DNA from: Lama glama
Taxonomy: Eukaryota
Assembly: GCA_028534125.1 (NCBI GenBank)
Contig: CM052817.1
Span: 23,996,001 to 24,060,000, forward strand
Direction of reading: 5' to 3'
DNA: 64,000 nucleotides
Positions within the stretch are counted from its first letter, which is position 1. Every line of letters starts with the position of its first letter. Below, one piece after another: positions 54,111-64,000 of the stretch. The notes under the pieces are model-generated. The model was not told the DNA's origin. It made no database searches and was given only the letters and a program-made list of their open reading frames with translations. Position numbers and translations under genes: made by a program.

Positions 54111-55699
54111 TCTAGAAGAACATTTCTTAATCTAGAGTTTATAGATTGCAAAGGCATCTATGGATAGAATTCAGAGACTTTATGAACAAAGATGAGTTAA
54201 AAATTATATTTTTATTTTCACTAACAAAGCTGAATGTAGGCTATAAACCACAGAAATAGTAGTAGTATCTGACCTTGTCACAATAGAAATCAGAGATATT
54301 TTCCTGTCATTTTGCAATTATTTCAGATTGTTTTAGATCTGTTTCTTAAAGTATGACTTATGCATATCAGTACTATGACATGATATTGGTTATTTTCCTC
54401 TCATTAGATTTCATTATTTTATGAGTTACTAAAATACCAGTTATTATTATACCTCAACTAAATATACTGATGCCTGCATTTCAATATAATTCCACCTTTG
54501 TCATTTTATGTATTTTATTTTAAATGTAGAAAACACCAGTGTGAATAGCAGCCATAGGCTGCCTCTCTCTGTCTGAGGGTTCATGCAGGAGACATGAACT
54601 CCCTTCCTAAAATGTGGGTATAATAAAGACTTTAGGATCAAGTCATATTCTACCTACTAGGATCCTTCTGGTTGTACAACACCAGTCAAGGATGTAGTGG
54701 CAACAGAACAGAACGTACTAGGTGAAATCTATCTGTAATCATCTTTGCACCTAAACAGGTAAACATCAAGCAAAGTGACTGGATAAATAAAACTATACAT
54801 TAAATTTTATTTTTCCCCTGTTGTTTTTGCTATTCTAGATGGCACTACAGCGAGACGCCACTTATATTTCTTTTAGTTTATCACTTAGAGCAATAGTTCT
54901 CAAAACGTGAACTTGCGGTGTTAGTGGGGTCCCTGAAACTCTTTTGGAGGATCTGAGGAGATGAGGCAAAAACTCTCTGCAATATAACTAACATGTTATT
55001 TGCACTTTTCATTCTCATCCTTTTATTAATTATACAGTGGAATTTCCTAGAGGCTACATAATTTAAATTGTGAATATTTAAACCATGCCACTCTTCTCTA
55101 TTATTTTTCTGTTTAGGAAAACATAGTTATTTTTAATGAAAAAATTTTAGTTATGTTAACATATAATGGACTTATAATTGTTATTTTAAAATAAATTAAT
55201 CAATAAATATTTCATGAATTTTATTTTATAATATGGTAAATATAGCCAGACATAACCAACATGAAAAAAGCACTTTGAGGTCTTCCATTTTTAAAGTGGA
55301 ATGGGGTCTTGAACCAAAGGATTTTTTTTTTCCTTAGAGAATTTATGGTTCAAAGAATGTAATTATTAAACTATCAAAAAGTCTGTTAGTGACTGTGTAC
55401 TTTTACCAGGTCTTGAACCAAGCGGAGAAAAACAGGCTTTTCCTTGGGAATTTACTAAGACCGTCTACCTTGACAGGAACTATAAGAGAAAGAACAGATC
55501 AAACAGGGAACATGGGTGATTTAAAGAAGTTAAAAAAACAAAGCTTCAATAGCTTTAGGGGAAGACAGGGTTAAATAGAAGCGGAGTTGGAACAAACAGG
55601 ATGAGCTGGTGGCCACACCTGTGGCATGTGATGGCACGCCAGGGTGCTTTCCTTCCCTCCAAGTCTCCTGCATCTGCTCGCCATTTTTATTACAGACTT

Positions 55700-55886
55700 G
55701 GAGTAAATGTAAATGTTGTGTAAACAGCTGTAAGTGCATTGTAAATGCTACATAAATAGCTACCAGTGTGTGACAAGTACAAGTTTTGCTTTCTGAAACT
55801 CGCAGGAATATTTTTTCAAATATTTTTGACTCACTGTTGGTTGAATCCATGGATATGGAACTGGTGGATACAGAGGGCTGACTGTA
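55700..55886 (+). mobile_element. MER2-like Tigger fragment (3' end)
   Basis: ttggttgaatccatggatatggaactggtggatacagagggctgactg followed by TA. Confidence 0.8.
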
Positions 55887-57619
55887 CTACCTTCTTTCAC
55901 ATGTTTCTAAAGAGAAGGAATCTCAGCCAAAATAATGATCAAAACCTTCATCTGATGGAATTTGGACCATTGTGAATATATCCTCATGACCAGAGGGTGT
56001 CAGGTTCTGGGCCGCTCACGGTGACAAGGAACAAAGTGATCAACACACCTCTCCATCTTTATGCTGAACATCATCTCCTCTTTCCTATAGCTCTGGTGCC
56101 ATCAGGGCCAGCCTTGAGTGAGAGCCCTCCCTTCTTCCTACACTTAAGCATCAATTAAGGCATGTCCCTCCACACCATTGTGGTTATTTTGCCAGGAGAA
56201 AAAAAATAGGTTAAAGAAAATGTTCCTCACTTTGCTAAGCTCTAAACAGTGGCTGCCCATTTGGCTGATCATCAGAGTCATTGTTGAATTTTCTAAAAAT
56301 TTAGATTTCTGGGACCAAAGCTTGTGCTTCCGATTCAATAGGTTCCTTATGTACTTCTGACTATCAGGTTTTAGAAGCATTCCTGAGAAGCACTGCAAAA
56401 AATTTTGGTACAATATTTGAAACTACAGAGCTTGTTTGTATTGGGTTTGACGCTCATCCTATTGGTGTTGGGTACTTTCTTCTCTTTGTTTTCCTTGAGA
56501 TGATAAGCATATTAAAAGCAAAAACTGTCTTGCTTATATTTATGCCTCACTGCATCATTATATTTGATATGTTGTGCAAAGTGTGTGCTCAACAAATGTG
56601 ATTGGGCTTGACACAACACCTCAAAGGAGAGGGGTAAGGATGTGGGACCACACATCTGGAAAGTTCACCAGGTGTCTAAGACTGCTTTTGGAAGCTGAGG
56701 GATCTACACCTCACATTTTACCTAGAAACCACCCTGCAGATCAATCAGGAACATGGCTCTTTCTCAATAATCAGGGAATGGTCAGTATGATAGCTCAGTG
56801 CTATGGTCAGATAAAACCTGTATTGTATCTACATAAATAAAAATATTTCTAATGTAATATTTGACATGTACCCAAATTATGTGCCAATATTTATCAAATA
56901 AAGTTAGAGAATAAGAAGAGACTCACTATAGATTAAAAATTCAATATTGTTACTGGAGACAACTAAGGAATAATTATGCCAGCACCTATTTTCCTCTATT
57001 ATAAATTATAATATGTCATGAACTTTTCTACTGCAGTAAAAACTCAACAAGTCTAATTTTTTATTTATACCTTAAATTAAGGCAAAGAAATCTTGGGAGG
57101 TTTAACACTTAAATAAGTATAGTATTTATTTGGCTACTTCATTTACTGTAAAAATGATTGATAAAGTGAACACATAAATACATATATTTATATGAAAGTA
57201 TTCATATTCTTGATAACCTAAGTCTTTCAAGTGAATTATAAACTCAGCATATTCTTGGAAATATGGAGTACAATTCTATGGGTATTATTTAGGGAAAACT
57301 TTTTTTTTTTTTTACTATTTTTCAATTTGTGGAGTTATTGCTGTCCACAATTTGCCAATAATTTAATCAGTTGTTTTACTGAATGGGCTCCTAAGCTAGT
57401 AAAGCACAGAAACATGTTGTGGCTATTTCATAGCTTCACTTCCTAAATTTACCATTTAGTGCAATTTACTAAGGATCCAACTTGCTGCCAGGAAGTAGTT
57501 TGCTTCTAGGAAAAATTTGTTCGAGTTCTAACATCAATTCTCTATTCAGTGAAAAATGTACACACAAATTAAAAGCAAGTGAAAATATTTGTTTCTTTAC
57601 AAAAATACGAAATATAACA

Positions 57620-57800
57620 GAGTTGGAGCTGGAAGGGCTCTTAGGGAACAAGGTGATGGAACACCTTCATTTTGCATATGAGGAGACTGAAGTTTAGAGT
57701 GTTTAAATAACATTCCATAGGCTATGCACCTCTTTATTGGCAAAGCAGGGATAGAACCCAAGTTTCTTGATATCTAGTCCATTTACCTTCCAGTATAGTA
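57620..57800 (-). mobile_element. MIR SINE
   Basis: cattttgcatatgaggagactgaagtttagag...agggatagaacccaagtttc. Confidence 0.75.
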
Positions 57801-57894
57801 GCATATTTCAAAGTCTGACACTTTGTAACCTAGATGATTCCAGGTGGATATGGATGAGCATTAAAAATTATTATGCATTCATTTTAAAATAGAC

Positions 57895-59985
57895 TGGGGA
57901 CTTCTGGCATCTGCTCAAGAGATAAAGATCTGGGAAAGGCATTGCTCATACCCTAACACCCAGAAAAAGCAAGATGATCTACAATTTTCTTAAATCCATC
58001 AGAGATGGAGCTGCAAGTTCACCAACTAACCTGAAGTCAAAGGAATGACAGGTACCTTTAAGGAGATACAGGCCTTATACACTGACTCATGTGAAAGATC
58101 ACAGGTGGAAGATGGGGCTTCCATGCATGTTGCTAGGAGGAAGTCAGCTAAAATTTTTAATGAAAAGTTGCTAAAAGTGAAGCATGGGCAAGTGTGAGAA
58201 CATAGAACCCCTTGAATCTGAAGCTGCAAGGGGAATTTGTACCCACTCAGAGGCTCTTCTCCACTGGATGTTTACAAAAAGATTGGGAAGAGGTAAGAAC
58301 AGCGAGCAAGCTTCCCTCACGATCCAGGTCTGGAGAGGAGGAGGATCACTACTAGGGGAGAGACAAAGTCCACCTGGATGCTTCGGCCCACGGGGAAAAA
58401 AAAGCCTTGTGTTACTGGGGGATGGGCAGCAAATCTTGCCATAGTTAGGTCACAGGCCAAGACTCAGTGTGGCTTGGAAAAGAGGGGAGAAAAAACACTG
58501 TACACCTTGGAAGGGATAGGAAATCTCCTGGGCCTGGGCCAGAAGATTTGTTGGACTACTGAGGGAGAGGAAGGATCACAGAAAGACCTGAGATGCAGTG
58601 ATACAGAGCCCATCTAAGAGGGAACCTGAATCAAGGCGATAGTGGACCCTGCTTCCCTCCACCATCAGACTAGTAACCACTGAATAACAAGCAGCAGCCG
58701 TCTTCTGCTGGGAGGTGGACAAAAACTTGGAGAGGAAATCCTCTCTGAAGCAAGGGTTCACAGGAAATGCCTAAAGCCGAGGGTGGAACAGGAGCATTGT
58801 AAAAAGCCCTCTAGCAAACTAGCCCTCACCACAAGCACAAGGTAATACTACAGGAATCGAGGCCAGTAATGCATGGAAAGTGCATCTTGGCTGTAACAAA
58901 ATCCCCCCTTCCCTACATGATAAAAGACTAGCAGAAGAAGAGGTTCGCCTACTTCCAGCTATAAATACTAATTACTTCAATCTCTACTGTCCTATACACA
59001 ATGTTACACTTTCAATTGAAACTACAAAACACACAAAGAAGTAAGCAAAAAACAACATACTATCAATGGACAAAGTAATAAATAAAATCATATTTACATA
59101 GAACCCAGATGTTAGAACTATCAGACACCAATTTTAAATAACCATGATTAATATGTAAAGGCTTTAGTGGAAAAGTTGGACAATATGGATGAATAATTGG
59201 AGAATTTTAGCAGAGAGGTGAAAAATAGAGGAATAAAGAAAACTAAATACTAGAAATAAAATTAGAGTAACAGAGATAAGAATGCTTTCAATGGGTTCAT
59301 CAGTGGACCTGACACAGCTGAGGAAAGAATCAGTGAACTTGAAGGTAGGTCAACAGAAATCACCAAGGTTGAAACATCAAGATAAAAAGAGCAAAAAATG
59401 AATTAGAAAAATATATACAGCCCACCAAACATATATCTGAATTCTACTGGTTAGATGAGGTTGAAGTGAAAAATAAAAAAAAAGTTAACATCAGAAGAGA
59501 TAAGTCATAGTGAGAGTATGTAATCTTGATATAATGAGATGAGAGTGGGCACTTTACCTCCATGGTCTTCCTCACAAAAACCTGTAACTCCAGTCTTATC
59601 ATGAGAGAAACATCAGACAAATTCAAGGTGAGAGATATCCTACAAAATATCTGACCCACATTCCCCTGAAATGTCAATTTTTTCAAAATAATGGAAATCC
59701 AAGAAACCATCAAAGCTAGAAGCAACCTAGGGGGATATGATGACTAATGTAATGTAGTAACTTGGATGGGGTTTTGGAACATAAGACAGAAATTAAGTTA
59801 AAACTAAGGAACTCCAAGTAAACTATGGCTTTTACTTAATATATCAGTATCAATTCATTCATTGTGCTAGTATAAGATGTTAAAAATAGGGAAAATTGGG
59901 TGGGGGATATATGGGAACTCTTTGTACTATATTCACAATTTTCCTATAAATCTAAAACTCTTCTAAAAAGATTTATTTAAAAATA
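57895..59985 (+). mobile_element. Old L1M: 5' UTR plus ORF1 start joined to an L1MC/MD-type 3' UTR
   Basis: GC-richer 5' UTR (57895-~58950), ORF1 coiled-coil-like sequence (59100-59400), 3' UTR (~59480-59985) ending ctaaaactcttctaaaaagatttatttaaaa. Confidence 0.75.
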
Positions 59986-62900
59986 AACAATTTCATTTAA
60001 AATTTCATTTAAATAATTATACAAGTAGTATGCAGAAAAATTGTGATTTTAAAAATTGTGACTGTGGTAGGGGAATAACAGATTTGGGAAACACTATTAA
60101 AAGAGTTAAGGGACTATACTATGCCATGCTATTTGCTGATTTAATTTTAAAAATTCCGAATTTCTCAGTCCTGGATCTATATTTTACAAAGCTCCTTAAT
60201 GGTGTTTTATGGTTTCATAGCTCAACAGTATAACTTCCCTTCTGATTGGAAGCTTCATTAGAACAGAACATATGCCTTTATTCAATTCCCTTGGGTGCCT
60301 GTATGACAATGTTCAGAATGGATATGGAACATTTATTCACAAAATCAGTTCATGTGAAGATGAATGAATGCTTCTTTGTGCTTTTCTTTAATTTTACCTC
60401 ACTAATTTCTCTCAATTGTTGAGAAGCCCAGATTATTGTATATTTTCCATTGGAGTGACTCTAACATGTTGATCATTAATAATCAGAAAACTGTCACAGG
60501 GGCATTTTTCTGCGATCACTTGCTTTGTCTTATTTTGAGATCATGGTGGGTGAATCTCTTGATCTCTGCCAGCTGTCAGTAAATCTGCTTAGAGCTGGAA
60601 GAGCAAGTTGGTATCATTTTGCAACTCAATTCCAATCCTTTGGCGATGGCTTCCTAAAAATTTGTCTTGAGGATTCCAACACCATGAGTGCTGTGACCAA
60701 TTTAAGGGTGAGAGAGAGAGAACAATTATGCCATGATGGCTCATGAATCACATATCTGGCAAATTCTACTTAAAGACTACTTGACATTAATAAGTGTTAT
60801 TACTCTCATAATGGGCCTCTGAAAGCCTGAAAAACTTAAATATATATACTTACACATGTATAAAACTTATACATATATATGTATATATATTTCACAGGGC
60901 AAATTCAGACATTTTGGCAGGTGGTAGGGTATGCAAGAGCCTTCCTGGACTCTTTCAATTCTTGCCACAAAGATGGTTACTAAACTTACTTAATTGTAAG
61001 GCTGCTCTTTTTGGCAGTCTTTTTATACATCTTGACCAAAATCTTTTATGAAATATATACAAAACTCAATTTTTAGACAAAAATTTTGAGTAAAAATATA
61101 ATCACTATTATTATTACTGATGAAAAAATACAAAAAAATTCACATGAACATAGAGATGAAAAAAGTTCCATTTACTAGCATAGAATTTTTTTAAAGAAGA
61201 GAGACCAAATGGCAATCTCTCAAATTAAAAAACAGTGTTTCTCAGTTAGCCTGGCAATGATCCCAGACCTGGCTTCTGGGAAAGTCTGAATCACCTCTGA
61301 CTTACCACATATGCCAGCTTAAGTATGGTCCATCCCCATTGAGGCCAAAGGCAGTCAATTATCTCCCTACAGCACCTCACCTGTCACCCTGCTATTCTTG
61401 GCTGAGAAAGGTGCTCCTGTGATGACCTACCAGATAGGACTTTTCGAAAAGTATGTTAGAATTTCCGTTTGTAGGAAATGTTTCCAAAACATCACCTATT
61501 AAGCAAACTCTCCATTGCATCACTTATCAGCTAGATTGTAAGCCCTTTGAGTGGTACATCTCTGGGACCAAGGGCAAATAAATGAGATTACTCCTCACAC
61601 TGTTCCCTTGTTGAGGGCTACTTGACTTTGGTATATGCAGGTCCCTCCCATCTGTCCATCTGTCTCTCCATTCATTCATCCCTCTAACCAGCAAATATTT
61701 ATTGAGCATCTATATTATCAGGCATAAAGAGATGAATACATCAGTTTTTGTTCTCAAGAAGATTACACTCTAGTGTGGGAGAATTATCATCCAATATCTC
61801 TACTTTGATTTTCTGTAGATACATCAGAAGTGCAATTAGTGTCTGCCCAACATTCAGGGAAAACAATTTTGAACAGTTAAAAAAAAAATCTAAATGTCAA
61901 AGCTTTTTATAAAAAAATCACTTCTGGGCAGGGTTTTCTTGTAATTTGGGAGTCATAGTAGAGGGAACTTATGGCTCACTGTAAAGGGCACAACAGTTGA
62001 ATGATGATTTCTATTTAATAGGAAGCATCTGGTTCAACACTGAGGACAAGTAGGTAAGAAAAGGAGTGCTCTTTGCCCTTCTGTTCCGGCAGAAGTACAA
62101 GACTGATGGATGTAGTCCTTGCTTTGGAGAAAGACACCCACTCTATCATTTTTTTCTTAGTAGAAATATCTGTTCTACTCATTAATCTGACAACTGAACA
62201 CCAGAGACATGATTGAAAACATATCTATCCCTCCTCAGATTCTGCAAAGATACTTTCCTTGGCAGCTAAAAAGTCAGAAAGTGTACCTGTGGGGACCTTG
62301 GCACCATGAGCAACAGTAACAGATGCAGAGCCAAACCTGCCCTGCACAGTTTGCAAGGGTCAATGGGAAAGTACTTCTCCATTCATCAGTTTGTAGCCCG
62401 AGGTTCCACAGTACTCTGCTCACCAGGCAAACTGGAAGTGTATCCATCGGAATACATTAGGACAATAGAGTCAGCGGATGGATTACAATTTCTGAGCATC
62501 TTTCATATTAGAGAAAAGAAAATGTGAGGTAGTATCCATCCCTTTTGAGTATCTGTGCATATTTCAGTGGAGATTATTTCATTAATGTGTTCTTGCATTC
62601 ATTCATTCATTCATGATTGGTTTTTCATCAAATTAATTATTGTATACTGATCAGCTCAGAGTCAGGTAGAGTGCTAGATGATGTAACTTCAACAACTTGA
62701 AAAAAATTATTTTTTCCTAAGAAACTTTCATTCCCTAAGTCTTTCATTCAGCATGCATTATTTGAGCACCTACTATGTGCCGTATATTATGCCAGGTTCT
62801 AAACAAAACCAGACATGGCCAGGTGTCTGCCCTCATTATTTTGGAGTTTTCCTTTTAATACTTTGCTGAGAATACTAATAAAATCTATTGGGTTCTCTGT

Positions 62901-63913
62901 GGCTTGTGGGTGGAGCTGCAGGCTAAATGCTCCCAGCAGGGCAAACCTATTCTTTCAGAAGCAAAGAATCAGGAAGAAAAAGAAACCTGTTTACTACATG
63001 GAGAAAAACAAATCACAGTTAATCTTTGCCTTGGAAATGAAGGCTGTTAAATACACTGCTTAGTCTGATAATATATCTACCATATTAGTATATTATGCTG
63101 AGATATACATTCGGTTCAATGCAAAATAAATTTTTGGAAAGTATAATTATAGATACAAAGCTGATGTAAAAAACGTGAAGGAATAGTAATAAACAGATCC
63201 TTTTTATCAGTATATTGTTTTTAGGACAACTTTTCACATTGAAATGACATGAGGCAGTACAAAAAGACCCTAAAAGGAAATAGAATTGTGACACAGCTGG
63301 ATTTCTTGTCATGGAAACCTCCCTCCAGCTGACTGTCATGTTCTTTGACGTTTGGCATCCCAAAATATCTGGGCAGGAAGTGAGAGTTTAGGTTTCCTTT
63401 ATCTTACACTGATAATAGAGGGTAGAAATCAAAAACAAAAAACAGACAGGTTTTAAGAACAAGCCACACCAAGAAAGTGACATGAAGAAAATAAAATCTA
63501 CGGCTGGTTTTTACAGCTATTTCTGATTTTTTTTTTTCAGAAGAAAATCTGGAAAGTGTGATAAGAGATGACTGATGTGAAAAAGTCTACTTTTTGGGGT
63601 TGAAAGGGGAAAATTCTAAACAAGAGGAGGGGTCATTTCAAATGTTCTCCTCACTGTCCTACAAGAACACCCCTTACAGCACTGGCCTGTTGCATATTGC
63701 TAACTAACTATCTCTACCTGGAATAAACTCTTCCCTTCAGACCTCTAGCCAGATAAGATGTTTCTCAAATCTTTTCTCCTTTAGGGCTTTCCAGCCACAG
63801 TGACTCCTCTGAACTCATTACACCTGTCTCTATCACCCATTTCTCTGTTTAACCACGTGATGCTTTGTGATTTTTTTTTTTTAAAGATTACTCATTTGCT
63901 ATTTCCGTTAAAG

Positions 63914-64000
63914 TGTCCACACTAAACCCAAGATGGGGTTGCTTATGCTAAGCTTCATATCAGCAAACCTGAACTTAACTAAGTTCCTCTGCTCAGCTCT
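63914..64000 (+). mobile_element. Possible ERV LTR 5' end, truncated by the window edge
   Basis: Starts TGT...caagatggggttgcttatgctaagc, an LTR-like opening; too short to be sure. Confidence 0.35.

Noticed and set aside
46200..64000. A second gene downstream of DTHD1
   Set aside because: Only short ORFs without recognisable homology, CpG island or consistent splice phases; the region is mostly repeats.

Overview
Mammalian, AT-rich, repeat-dense genomic DNA. It is most likely from a camelid: it carries a Vic-1-type tRNA-derived SINE and camelid-type L1 3' ends. The window holds the last five coding exons of DTHD1 (death domain containing 1) on the + strand: 6542-6706, 7625-7914, 13527-13771, 37662-37719 and 42397-42758. 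All five have canonical AG/GT sites and matching phases, and together give about 372 aa ending in a death domain. Upstream exons lie outside the window, and the last ~21 kb (after ~43 kb) shows no gene. Most remaining sequence is interspersed repeat (L1, L2, MIR, MaLR/ERVL LTRs, hAT and Tigger DNA transposons), plus two 500-N scaffold gaps. The most notable observations are: a ~810-bp foldback element with long TIRs around a dead Mutator (MULE) transposase fragment; a clean twin-priming 5'-inverted L1; a candidate short L1 3' transduction; a nested L2>Tigger1>Vic-1 insertion; and a possible lineage-specific C-terminal extension of DTHD1. I found no evidence of a wholly new biological system. 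Repeat subfamily names come from recognising the sequence, not from a database search, and repeat boundaries are approximate unless TSDs are given.
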